A DNA stretch of 64,000 bases from a bacterium (lineage in GTDB: Bacteria > Patescibacteriota > Saccharimonadia > Saccharimonadales > Saccharimonadaceae), in NCBI GenBank assembly GCA_963613175.1, contig CAVDXX010000002.1, positions 19,005 to 83,004 on the forward strand. Direction: 5' to 3'. Made by a program: the position numbers and the translations under genes. A model generated the notes under the pieces. The model was not told where the DNA came from. It did not search any database and worked only from the letters and a program-made list of their open reading frames with translations. This document shows, piece after piece, positions 9,740 to 19,024 of the stretch (positions within the stretch are counted from its first letter, which is position 1; the number at the start of each line of letters is the position of its first letter).

Positions 9740-10158
9740 TGGACGGGGGTGTTATTACTTTTATTCTGGCGATTTTAATTGTAGCAGTGTTCGTTTTTTT
9801 GGCAATTCTTTTGACCGGAAAACGCGGTTATACTTTTAATCGCGAAGTTTACCAGTCGCGATTTTTGGCGATTGAAAATAAATTGAAGGAAAATAATCCC
9901 GCGACTTTTATGACCACAATTATTGAAGCAGATAAGTTGCTTGATAAGGCGCTGATTGAGATGGGTGTGCCGGGAAAAACAATGGGGGATCGTTTGAAAA
10001 AATCCGGCGATAAGTTTTCGAATCTGAATTCAGTTTGGCGCGTGCATAAAATGCGTAATGCGATTGCGCACGAATCGGGTTACGAAGTGAGTTATCGACA
10101 AGCGTTTAATGCCTTAACGGTTTACAAACAAGCGTTAAAAGATTTAGGAGCAATTTAA
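9739..10158 (+). CDS. Small N-terminally anchored protein with HEPN/DUF4145-like RNxxxH motif
   Basis: One N-terminal TM segment (ITFILAILIVAVFVFLAILL). All-helical C-terminal part with VWRVHKMRNAIAHE. 1-nt overlaps with the gatA stop and the gatB start. Confidence 0.5.
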   Translation: MDGGVITFILAILIVAVFVFLAILLTGKRGYTFNREVYQSRFLAIENKLKENNPATFMTTIIEADKLLDKALIEMGVPGKTMGDRLKKSGDKFSNLNSVWRVHKMRNAIAHESGYEVSYRQAFNALTVYKQALKDLGAI

Positions 10159-11705
10159 TGAAATATTTACCGACTATCGGCATCGAATGCCATGTTCAGT
10201 TATCAACTAAAACTAAATTATTTTCGGAGGTCGACAACGACGCGCGAGGGAAGGAGCCGAACTCATGCGTATCGCCGGTGGATTATGCATTGCCGGGGAT
10301 GTTGCCGCGGCTAAATGGTGAGGCGATAAAATTCGCGGTGCGAGCGGGGCGGGCGATGAACTGCGAGATTAACGCCGAGTCGCGGTTTGACCGTAAACAT
10401 TATTTTTATCCGGATTCGCCCAAAGGCTATCAGATTACACAATTTTACCACCCGATTATTGGGGCGGGATTTGTGGAGCTGCCATCAGGGACAAAAATCC
10501 GAATCGAACATGCGCACCTCGAGGGCGACGCAGGGAAATTGACCCATTTCGACACTTATTCTTTGGTAGATTTAAATCGCGTAGATACGCCATTGATTGA
10601 AATTGTCTCGATGCCGGACATCCATTCCGCGAAAGATGCGCACGATTATTGTAAGGAATTGTGGCGGCTGATGCGGTATGCTAAGGTGACTTATGGGGAT
10701 TTGTATAACGGAAACATGCGGTTTGATGTTAACGTGTCGCTAGCGCCGGAAGGATCGAGCGAGCTCGGCACACGAGCGGAAGTGAAAAATTTGAATTCTT
10801 TTAGGTCGGTGGAGCGGGCAGTAGAATATGAAATTAAGCGCCAAACAAAAATCTTAGAGTCAGGCGAAAAAGTGATTCAAGAAACTCGTGGTTGGAGTGA
10901 TGCTGCTGGTAAAACTACAGGACAGCGTTCGAAAGAGGAAGCGAAAGATTATCGCTATATGCCGGAGCCGGATTTGCCACCGCTGAATTTGTCTCGTGAA
11001 TTTATCGACGAACAACTCGCTGATTTTCCGCTAATGCCGGCGGATTATCGACGGGAGTTTAAGGACGTGATTGCTGGTGATATTTTGGAGATTTTGCTGG
11101 ATTATCCAGAGTTGATGGAAAAGTTAGCGGAAGTGGCTGACGCACTCCATCTCGGACACGCTCAAGGCCGCGAGTGCTCGCAATCAGAGCAAGTGCCTTC
11201 GGGGGACGGGTCGCTTCAGCCCGTCGTCACGGGTGAAGCGCCCTCATCCTCGGTCGTAACCTCCGGAAGCCCCCGAAAGCACTTGCTTCTGATTGCTAAC
11301 TTGTTCACCTCTGTTTTACTGGCGGAGGAAAAGTCGGCGGAGTTTCTGAACGATCTGCCGAGTGCGGATGCCCTGAATACCTTGGCAGAGATGAATGCGA
11401 AGAAAGAACTTAGTTCAACGGCGACAAAAGAAGTGTTTTTGCGCTTATTTGATCCGCAGATGAAAACGCGAGGCGTGGAGCAAATTGCGAAAGAGCTGGG
11501 GTTGATTCAGGAAAATGACCTTGGGGCGCTCGAAAAAATTGTGGATGCGGTGCTAGCAAAACCAGAGACAAAGCAGGCGCAAGATGATTTTCGGGCCGGG
11601 TCGGAAAAAGTGCTTGGGTTCTTGGTTGGGCAAGTGATGAAGGAGTCGAAAGGCAAGGCTAACCCGTCCAGCGTGCAAGAAATTCTGCGCAAAAAATTAT
11701 CATAA
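10158..11705 (+). CDS. gatB: Asp/Glu-tRNA amidotransferase subunit B with in-frame insertion
   Basis: GIECHVQL, DRKHYFYPD, HLEGDAGK, NLNSFRSVERA, YRYMPEPDLPP. GatB/YqeY-like tail. Confidence 0.9.
   Translation: MKYLPTIGIECHVQLSTKTKLFSEVDNDARGKEPNSCVSPVDYALPGMLPRLNGEAIKFAVRAGRAMNCEINAESRFDRKHYFYPDSPKGYQITQFYHPIIGAGFVELPSGTKIRIEHAHLEGDAGKLTHFDTYSLVDLNRVDTPLIEIVSMPDIHSAKDAHDYCKELWRLMRYAKVTYGDLYNGNMRFDVNVSLAPEGSSELGTRAEVKNLNSFRSVERAVEYEIKRQTKILESGEKVIQETRGWSDAAGKTTGQRSKEEAKDYRYMPEPDLPPLNLSREFIDEQLADFPLMPADYRREFKDVIAGDILEILLDYPELMEKLAEVADALHLGHAQGRECSQSEQVPSGDGSLQPVVTGEAPSSSVVTSGSPRKHLLLIANLFTSVLLAEEKSAEFLNDLPSADALNTLAEMNAKKELSSTATKEVFLRLFDPQMKTRGVEQIAKELGLIQENDLGALEKIVDAVLAKPETKQAQDDFRAGSEKVLGFLVGQVMKESKGKANPSSVQEILRKKLS
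11142..11296. repeat. GC-rich nested-palindrome element inside gatB
   Basis: 22-mer tctcggacacgctcaaggccgc is identical to gatA 8923-8944. Imperfect inverted repeat of about 25 bp, 11180-11205 against 11270-11296. Inner hairpin 11213-11239. Confidence 0.75.
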
Positions 11706-11729
11706 TTTCGATAGACAAAGGTGCTCAAC

Positions 11730-11758
11730 TTGACTTTTTGACGCAAGTATGCTATAAT
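11730..11758 (+). promoter_or_regulatory. Sigma-70-type promoter upstream of fusA
   Basis: TTGACT (11730-11735), 17-nt spacer, TATAAT (11753-11758). Confidence 0.6.
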
Positions 11759-11881
11759 TAGAAGATATCGCTCTAATTTTAGGGTTTATTTTTCTTGATA
11801 TATGTGGTAAAATGAGGTCAGAAATATGTCTTTTTTGAGCGTGGAGCTATAAAAAGAACCAATAATAAAATAAAGGAGCAT

Positions 11882-13978
11882 ATGGCTGATATAAAGGATC
11901 TAAATAAGCTGCGTAATATTGGGATTATCGCCCATATCGACGCGGGTAAGACGACAACCTCGGAAGCGATTTTGTATCGGACGGGGTTGAAACATAAAAT
12001 CGACCTGGTGAAGGGCGGAACCGGCGGTGCAGACACCGACTGGATGGAACAAGAAAAGGAACGCGGAATTACGATTACTTCGGCGGCGGTGACGGTGTAT
12101 TGGAAAAATCACCAGATTAACATCATCGATACTCCGGGGCATATCGACTTTACCGCAGAAGTAGAACGTTCGCTACGTGTACTAGACGGTGCAGTGGTGG
12201 TGTTTGATGGCAAGATGGGTGTTGAGGCACAATCTGAGACCGTGTGGCGCCAAGCGACTAAATACGGCGTGCCGCGCATCTGCTTCGTGAACAAAATTAA
12301 CCAAATCGGTGGTGATTTTTACAAGTCGCTAGATTCGATTCACAAGCGTCTTTCGAAAAACGCGGTGGCGATTCATTTGCCGATTGGTTTTGAAAAAGAT
12401 ATTTGTGGTGTGGTTGATTTGATCGACATGAAAGCTTACACTTACAAAGATTACGCAGATCACGAGCTGACGGTTGGCGAAATTCCGGAAGACATGAAGG
12501 AAAAAGCGAAAAATGCACGTTCGATGCTGATCGAGGAAGCAGTGCAGGCTGACGAAGCGTTGATGGATAAGTATTTCAATGAAGGCGAAGAGGCAATTAC
12601 AGAGGCGGAACTGAAAGCCGCGCTGCGCAAACGTGTGCTTGACGGCGATTTCTTCCTAGTGACCGGTGGTGATGGTCGTGGGGTGATTGTTGAAAAAGTG
12701 CTAGATTTAATGACCGATTACTTGCCGAGCCCGCTTGATCGTGATCAGGGACAAACAGTTGGAACCGACCCGAAGACCGGTGACAAGGTCATACGTAAGG
12801 CCGACGCTTCGGAACCTTTGACAGCACTAGCATTCAAGATTGCAACTGATCCGTTTGTTGGAAAATTAATTTTCATTCGCGTCTATGCTGGTAAACTTAA
12901 ATCTGGCGATACAGTTCTGAATGCTTCGACTGGCGACAAAGAGCGTATCGGACGTCTAGTGCGAATGCATGCAAATGACCGAAAAGAAATTAGCGAAATC
13001 GGTGCGGGCGATATCGCTGCGGTAGTTGGGTTAAAAAATTGTACGACTGGGACAACTATCTGTGCACCAGCTTCGCCGATTCTACTTGAGTCAATTGAAT
13101 TCCCAGACCCGCCAGTATCGATCGCGGTCGAACCAAAAACTAAGGCCGACCAAGAAAAAATGGCGCTTGGACTTTCGAAAATGGCCGAAGAAGACCCAAC
13201 TTTCCGAGTTCATACCGACGAAGAAACTGGTCAAACGATTATTTCGGGGATGGGCGAATTACACCTCGAAATTATTATCGATCGCTTGAAGCGTGAACAT
13301 AATGTTGAAGCGAACACCGGTGCACCGCAAGTGGCTTATCGCGAAACGATTCGCGGAACTGCTGAAGCACAAGGGAAACACGTCAAACAGTCTGGTGGTC
13401 GTGGTCAATATGGTGACGTTTGGATTAAGTTTGAGCCGAATGAACCGGGGAAGGGCTTCGAGTTTATTGACCAAATTAAAGGCGGTGTGGTTCCACAAGA
13501 ATACCGCAAGCCGGTCCAAAAAGGCGTCGAGGATACTTTGGCAGGTGGCGTCATCGCTGGTTACCCAGTAGTCGATGTTAAGGCGACGCTTTACGACGGT
13601 TCATATCACGATGTTGACTCTTCGGAACTCGCCTTTACACTCGCCGGTGTACTAGCGACTCGCGAGGGAATTAAGAAAGCAAACCCAGTTCTGCTCGAGC
13701 CGGTGATGAAACTTGAAATCACCACGCCAGAAGAATACATGGGTGATGTAATTGGTGACGTAAACTCGCGTCGTGGCCGAGTCGATGAAATGGAAGATTT
13801 AGTTGGCGGCGCAAAGCTGATTAAGGCTTTCTGTCCGTTAGCAAACTTATTCGGCTATACTGGCGATCTTCGTGGTATGACGCAAGGACGCGCAGCTTCT
13901 TCGATGGAACTCTTTTCTTACGAGGAAGTTCCACCGAATGTGGCAAAAGAAGTGATTGACGCGCGAAATTCAAAATAA
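11882..13978 (+). CDS. fusA: Elongation factor G
   Basis: AHIDAGKTTT, DTPGHIDF, full five-domain length (698 aa). SD AAAGGAG upstream. Confidence 0.95.
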   Translation: MADIKDLNKLRNIGIIAHIDAGKTTTSEAILYRTGLKHKIDLVKGGTGGADTDWMEQEKERGITITSAAVTVYWKNHQINIIDTPGHIDFTAEVERSLRVLDGAVVVFDGKMGVEAQSETVWRQATKYGVPRICFVNKINQIGGDFYKSLDSIHKRLSKNAVAIHLPIGFEKDICGVVDLIDMKAYTYKDYADHELTVGEIPEDMKEKAKNARSMLIEEAVQADEALMDKYFNEGEEAITEAELKAALRKRVLDGDFFLVTGGDGRGVIVEKVLDLMTDYLPSPLDRDQGQTVGTDPKTGDKVIRKADASEPLTALAFKIATDPFVGKLIFIRVYAGKLKSGDTVLNASTGDKERIGRLVRMHANDRKEISEIGAGDIAAVVGLKNCTTGTTICAPASPILLESIEFPDPPVSIAVEPKTKADQEKMALGLSKMAEEDPTFRVHTDEETGQTIISGMGELHLEIIIDRLKREHNVEANTGAPQVAYRETIRGTAEAQGKHVKQSGGRGQYGDVWIKFEPNEPGKGFEFIDQIKGGVVPQEYRKPVQKGVEDTLAGGVIAGYPVVDVKATLYDGSYHDVDSSELAFTLAGVLATREGIKKANPVLLEPVMKLEITTPEEYMGDVIGDVNSRRGRVDEMEDLVGGAKLIKAFCPLANLFGYTGDLRGMTQGRAASSMELFSYEEVPPNVAKEVIDARNSK

Positions 13979-14090
13979 AGATCGAAATCCCCTCTTTACA
14001 TTTGGGGGGAAATGGTCTAAAATAATAATGTAGAGTTTTGGAGCTGGTTTTTATTAGCGCTCCAAACATAATTAATAAAAAGGAGATTGA

Positions 14091-15275
14091 ATGGCAAATT
14101 TTGACCGTTCCAAACCACATATTAATGTGGGCACCATGGGTCACGTCGACCATGGTAAAACGACCCTAACGGCGGCGATTACTAGTGTATTAGCAAAGCG
14201 CCTTCCGTCGGATGTAAACAAGTCGGTTGCTTACGATCAAATCGATAATGCACCAGAAGAAAAAGCTCGTGGTATCACAATTGCGACCTCGCATCAGGAG
14301 TACGAATCCGAGAAGCGTCATTATGCACACGTTGATATGCCTGGGCACGCAGATTACATTAAGAACATGATTACCGGTGCAGCACAGGTTGACGGGGCGA
14401 TCCTCGTCGTGGCGGCCAACGATGGACCTTTGCCACAGACTCGTGAACACGTATTGCTCGCGCACCAGGTGAACGTGCCGAAAATCATCGTGTTCCTCAA
14501 CAAAATGGACCTTGCGGATCCTGAACTCGTTGAGCTCGTTGAGATGGATGTGCGTGATCTTTTGAATAAATACGGTTTCGATGGTGATAACGCGCCGATC
14601 ATCAAAGGCTCGGCGACGAAAGCCCTTGAAGGTGATAAAGAAAACGAAGATGCGGTGATGGAATTAATCGCAGCGATGGATGAATACTTTGACATCCCAG
14701 AGCACGATCTCGACAAACCGTTCTTGATGCCAGTTGAAGATGTCTTTTCGATCAAAGGTCGTGGAACTGTAGCTACTGGCCGTATCGAACAGGGCATCGT
14801 GAAGTTAAATGACGAAGTTGAAATTGTCGGTTTGAAGGATACGCAAAAATCGGTTGTGACTGGTATTGAGGCTTTCCATAAAACTCTCGATCAGGGTCAA
14901 GCCGGTGATAACGCAGGGCTTTTGCTCCGTGGTATCGAGCGTGATCAAATCGAACGCGGTCAGGTTATTGCAAAACCGGGCTCGATCACTCCGCACACCG
15001 AATTTGAAGCTGAGGTTTATATCTTGAAGAAAGAGGAAGGTGGACGCCATACTCCGTTCTCCAAGGGTTACAAACCGCAATTCTACTTCCGCACTACGGA
15101 TGTAACTGGTGAAGTTGAACTTCCGGCAGACAAAGAAATCGTCATGCCTGGCGATCAGGTCACCTTCAAGGTGAAGTTGCTCGCACCAGTGGCGATGAAT
15201 GATCAGGATCGTTTCGCTATTCGCGAAGGTGGTAAGACTGTCGGTTCTGGCGTAATCACCAAAGTTATTAAATAA
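14091..15275 (+). CDS. tuf: Elongation factor Tu
   Basis: [22 protein letters not shown], 394 aa. SD AAAGGAG. Confidence 0.97.
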   Translation: MANFDRSKPHINVGTMGHVDHGKTTLTAAITSVLAKRLPSDVNKSVAYDQIDNAPEEKARGITIATSHQEYESEKRHYAHVDMPGHADYIKNMITGAAQVDGAILVVAANDGPLPQTREHVLLAHQVNVPKIIVFLNKMDLADPELVELVEMDVRDLLNKYGFDGDNAPIIKGSATKALEGDKENEDAVMELIAAMDEYFDIPEHDLDKPFLMPVEDVFSIKGRGTVATGRIEQGIVKLNDEVEIVGLKDTQKSVVTGIEAFHKTLDQGQAGDNAGLLLRGIERDQIERGQVIAKPGSITPHTEFEAEVYILKKEEGGRHTPFSKGYKPQFYFRTTDVTGEVELPADKEIVMPGDQVTFKVKLLAPVAMNDQDRFAIREGGKTVGSGVITKVIK

Positions 15276-15293
15276 CTTTCTCAAACTAAGAAG

Positions 15294-15321
15294 AGTAGCT
15301 CTCGAAAGAGAGCTATTTTTC
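15294..15321 (+). terminator. Intrinsic terminator after tuf
   Basis: Stem tagctctc / gagagcta with GAAA loop, followed by TTTTT. Confidence 0.7.
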
Positions 15322-15333
15322 TACCCCTAAAAA

Positions 15334-15362
15334 TTGACTTTTGAAATAATCCGTGATATAAT
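15334..15362 (+). promoter_or_regulatory. Sigma-70-type promoter upstream of rpsJ
   Basis: TTGACT (15334-15339), 17-nt spacer, TATAAT (15357-15362). About 90-nt leader before ATG 15456. Confidence 0.65.
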
Positions 15363-15455
15363 GGTGTTATAGTAAATTAATTATCCATCTCTAAAAACTT
15401 ACTGACGGCCTGTCTAGGGGCGAGTCTAAGATTATAGAGAAGAAAGGACGACATC

Positions 15456-15782
15456 ATGGCAGAAAATAAAAAAGATAGCGGGCTAAAAATTCGCATTCGC
15501 TTGAAGGCTTATGATCATCGCGTAATCGATCAAAGCGCACGACAGATCGTTGATACGGCGATCCGTACTGGAGCTGCGGTCTCGGGACCGATTCCTTTGC
15601 CGACTAGGCGTTCAACTTTCACCGTAGTGAAATCGCCGCACGTCTACAAAACTGGCGGGGAAGCTTTCGAAATGAAAGTGCATAAGCGGTTGATCGATAT
15701 CTCGAACGCGACGCCAAAAACAATTGAAAGCCTACAGAACTTGTCACTTCCAGCTGGCGTAGATGCCGAAATCAAAATGTAG
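15456..15782 (+). CDS. rpsJ: 30S ribosomal protein S10
   Basis: 108 aa. [24 protein letters not shown]...HKRLIDI. Confidence 0.95.
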   Translation: MAENKKDSGLKIRIRLKAYDHRVIDQSARQIVDTAIRTGAAVSGPIPLPTRRSTFTVVKSPHVYKTGGEAFEMKVHKRLIDISNATPKTIESLQNLSLPAGVDAEIKM

Positions 15783-15799
15783 CCTGATAAGAGTCTGAA

Positions 15800-15832
15800 T
15801 TGAAACGAGAGATAATCTCGTTTCAATTTTTT
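15800..15832 (+). terminator. Intrinsic terminator after rpsJ
   Basis: 10-bp stem ttgaaacgag / ctcgtttcaa followed by TTTTTT. Confidence 0.75.
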
Positions 15833-15859
15833 ACTGATAAAATGATATAATAGAAGAGT

Positions 15860-17131
15860 ATGAGTGTAGCTAATTTTAAAAAGCGGTTTTATTTCGTAGT
15901 CGCGAAATATTTTCAATTTTTTGCGAATCGGGTTTTACGGAAATGGAAGCCACGAATTATTGCAATTACCGGTTCAGCTGGGAAAACAACGATGCTAAAC
16001 ATGGTCGAATTTGAAATGGGCGACAAAGCACATTATTCGCACGATGCAAATTCTGCTTTCGGCGTTTCGTTCGATTTATTAGGGCTTAGAGGCGTGAATG
16101 GGTCGAAATGGCGCTGGATTCACCTTTTTTTCGCAGCCCCCTTTAAAGCACTTTTTCAATGTTACGAACAGGAATTTTATGTAGTAGAAATCGACGGGGA
16201 ACGCCCGCACGAGGCGGAATTCTTGGCGGAATGGTTGAAGCCAGAGGTCACAATCTGGGTTTCGATCGGACTATCGCACGCGGTGCAGTTTGAAAAAGTA
16301 GTAGCTGAAGGAAAGTTTAGAGATTTATCCGAGGCGATTACAGCGGAATTTGCGAATTTACCAAAAAATACCTCAAAACGAGTCTACATCGACGCTGACT
16401 CAAAATTGATGACTTCAGCGACGAAGGACATCTCGGCGAAAGTCGTTCCGATAAAGAAAACTGAGATGAAAAAATACGTCGTTTTTCCTGATTCGACCGA
16501 TTTCACTTTCGGTGACACGACTTTTCACTTTGACCGACCGGAACCGAAGGATATTACCTTTAATTTATTCGTATTACAAGATTTGATGAAATATTTAAAG
16601 TTAAAGTTTAATCCTGATTTTACAGGGATGAAAGCGGCGCCGGGGCGGAGTTCGCATTTTGTTGGATATAAGGGAATTGATATCGTAGATAGCAGTTACA
16701 ATGCACATATGATTAGTATGGCTTCAATGCTCGATATGGCGAAACGGATGCATGCGGAAGAGAAATGGTTGGTGATTGGCGATATCGTCGATCAGGGGTC
16801 GCTGGCGGAAGAAGAGCACCGAGCATTAGCGAAGTTAATCGCCGCAGTGGAACCAAAAAAAGTGGTCTTAGTCGGACGACGGACGAAAAAATACACCGCG
16901 CCAGAGTTAAAAAAACTGGGAGTTTCGACGGTAGCAACGTTGGACCCCCGTAAAGCTTTAGAATATATTCAAAAAAATGTCAATGGCGACGAGACCTTGA
17001 TTTTCAAGGGGAGCCAGTATTTAGAATGGGTGATTGAGAAGCTATTAGTCGACCCGACAGATGCGAAAAAACTCTGTCGGCGCGAAAAAGCGGCGGTAGC
17101 AAGGCGTAAAAGTTGGGGGCTAGACTCGTGA
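15860..17131 (+). CDS. Mur ligase family protein (MurF-like, lacks a typical N-terminal domain)
   Basis: P-loop IAITGSAGKTTM. Central and C-terminal Mur ligase-like layout, 423 aa. Confidence 0.65.
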   Translation: MSVANFKKRFYFVVAKYFQFFANRVLRKWKPRIIAITGSAGKTTMLNMVEFEMGDKAHYSHDANSAFGVSFDLLGLRGVNGSKWRWIHLFFAAPFKALFQCYEQEFYVVEIDGERPHEAEFLAEWLKPEVTIWVSIGLSHAVQFEKVVAEGKFRDLSEAITAEFANLPKNTSKRVYIDADSKLMTSATKDISAKVVPIKKTEMKKYVVFPDSTDFTFGDTTFHFDRPEPKDITFNLFVLQDLMKYLKLKFNPDFTGMKAAPGRSSHFVGYKGIDIVDSSYNAHMISMASMLDMAKRMHAEEKWLVIGDIVDQGSLAEEEHRALAKLIAAVEPKKVVLVGRRTKKYTAPELKKLGVSTVATLDPRKALEYIQKNVNGDETLIFKGSQYLEWVIEKLLVDPTDAKKLCRREKAAVARRKSWGLDS

Positions 17132-17144
17132 AAGGAGTAAAATA

Positions 17145-17825
17145 ATGGCAGATCTTTATATTGTTCATGGTTGGACCTATACGGTAGAGCCATGGAAAAA
17201 GACAATCGAATTGCTCAGAGGGCGGGGAATTAGCGTAAAAATGCTCCATGTGCCGGGGCTGACCGAAGAATCGAAGAAGGAATTTACGATTGAAGATTAC
17301 GTCAAGTGGGCGGATCAGGAAATTCCGGACGGAGCAGTGGCGCTAGGGCATTCGAACGGGGGGCGGATTTTACTAAATCTCTGTGCCATGAAACCAGATA
17401 AATTGAGAAATCTGATTCTGCTAGATGCGGCGGGGATTTACGAGCCGACGCTCAAGAAAAAGGTGGTCGAAAAGGTCGCCAAGCTCGGCAAACCATTCAA
17501 AAAGGTGAAGGTTATCGACAAAGCTTTTCATCGCGTGACCGGCTCGACAGATTATTCGCGTGCGCCGGAAAATATGAAAAAAACGTTGGCGAATATGATC
17601 GAATCGGATAGAAATCTGGATTTTTCAAAGGTCGAAACGAAGACTTTTATTCTCTGGGGCAAGAAGGATACAACTACACCGCCGCGACAGGCGACTTTGA
17701 TGTATGAAAAATTGCCGAATGCGGAATTGAAATTCTATGCGAATTGGACGCATGCGCCGTATATTTCAAGCCCAGAGGAGTTAGCGCGGGCGCTGGCGAC
17801 GCTGGTGGAGAGAATGAAAAAGTGA
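17145..17825 (+). CDS. Alpha/beta hydrolase fold protein
   Basis: Nucleophile elbow GHSNGG. C-terminal NWTHAPY (catalytic His context). Confidence 0.6.
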   Translation: MADLYIVHGWTYTVEPWKKTIELLRGRGISVKMLHVPGLTEESKKEFTIEDYVKWADQEIPDGAVALGHSNGGRILLNLCAMKPDKLRNLILLDAAGIYEPTLKKKVVEKVAKLGKPFKKVKVIDKAFHRVTGSTDYSRAPENMKKTLANMIESDRNLDFSKVETKTFILWGKKDTTTPPRQATLMYEKLPNAELKFYANWTHAPYISSPEELARALATLVERMKK

Positions 17826-19024
17826 GTTTCGGCTTCAAAAAACAATATTTTTTGGGAATGGCGGCGGGATTTTCGAAAAAAGCTAGACTGGAACATACTT
17901 TTTGCATCGGGTGGGAAAAAGACCGGAGAGAATTGGCAGAGTTTTTAGAGAAAAAATATGGGTTAAGCATCGGAGTGGAGAATGAGGAGAAAACGGCAGA
18001 GACTGGCAAAAATCCCAAAACTGTCATTTCGGAACAAGCAAGGAATATGGATCCACGGGCGATATTATGCAAAAACGGACGCTCGGCGTTATGTTTGGCG
18101 CTCAAGGCCTATTTTAATCGCGGTGATAAAATTATCGTCAACGGTTTCACTTGTTATGCGGTAGTTGAAGCGATCAAAAAAGCGGGGCTAATTCCTGTTT
18201 TCGCCGATATTTCGCGCAAAGATTTGAATTTTAATGTCGAGACGCTGGAGAAAGTTGCGAACGGGGCGCGAGGACTCATCATTCAAAATTCACTGGGAAA
18301 TCCGGTAGATATTTTTGCGATTGAAAAGTTCGCACAAAAACATAATTTGATTTTAATCGAAGATTTGGCACATTCGGCAGGGCGAAAATACAGAGACGGA
18401 CGCGAAATGGGGACGGTCGGAGCGGCAACAGCATTGTCATTCGGTAAAGATAAGGCAATTGATACGGTTTCAGGCGGAGCAGTGATTTTACGTGACCCCT
18501 GTAAACACGCAATCAAAGCGCCGACGAAATTCCCGAAATTATCCGACCACTTACGGGCACGATTTTATCCGCTACTGGGAGCGGTTTGTCGGGGACTGAC
18601 GAGAGTCCATCTCGGGGGAGCTTTAATGCGAGGGTTAGTTAAAATCCATTGGGTGGAGAAATCGGCGGATAATCGGCTGGATCTGGAACGAAAAATTAGC
18701 AAATTCGAGGCAAAATTGGCATTAAAACAGTTAAAAACGCTCTCTGGGCGAGCGCCGATTCGGGAGTTTTATCTGGTAGATGACCGCGACAAGGTCTTGC
18801 GGGAGCTTAGGAGGGCCGGCTATTATTTTGACGGTTTTTGGTACGAAAAACCGGTATCGCCGGAGCGCTATTACAAAAAAGTCCATTTTCCAGAGGAAAA
18901 ATGTCCCGAAGCGGTATTTATATCCCAGCATATCGTGAATTTTCCGAGGTATTATACGAAAAAAGAGTTGGAAGGGGCGCGAAAAATCGTGGAACAACAT
19001 TTGGTACAAGGGGGAGAAAGGTAG
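17822..19024 (+). CDS. DegT/DnrJ/EryC1/StrS-family (PLP-dependent) aminotransferase-like protein
   Basis: NGRSALCLAL, FTCYAVVEAI, LIEDLAHSAG, SFGKDKAIDTVSGGAV (Lys context). Start uncertain: GTG 17822 overlaps the upstream stop; ATG 17858 is the alternative. Confidence 0.65.
   Translation: MSFGFKKQYFLGMAAGFSKKARLEHTFCIGWEKDRRELAEFLEKKYGLSIGVENEEKTAETGKNPKTVISEQARNMDPRAILCKNGRSALCLALKAYFNRGDKIIVNGFTCYAVVEAIKKAGLIPVFADISRKDLNFNVETLEKVANGARGLIIQNSLGNPVDIFAIEKFAQKHNLILIEDLAHSAGRKYRDGREMGTVGAATALSFGKDKAIDTVSGGAVILRDPCKHAIKAPTKFPKLSDHLRARFYPLLGAVCRGLTRVHLGGALMRGLVKIHWVEKSADNRLDLERKISKFEAKLALKQLKTLSGRAPIREFYLVDDRDKVLRELRRAGYYFDGFWYEKPVSPERYYKKVHFPEEKCPEAVFISQHIVNFPRYYTKKELEGARKIVEQHLVQGGER

Noticed and set aside
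14354-15284. Two long minus-strand ORFs (147 and 159 aa) inside tuf.
   Set aside because: They are antisense shadow ORFs of a highly conserved, clearly coding plus-strand gene. They have no start context and no recognisable motifs.
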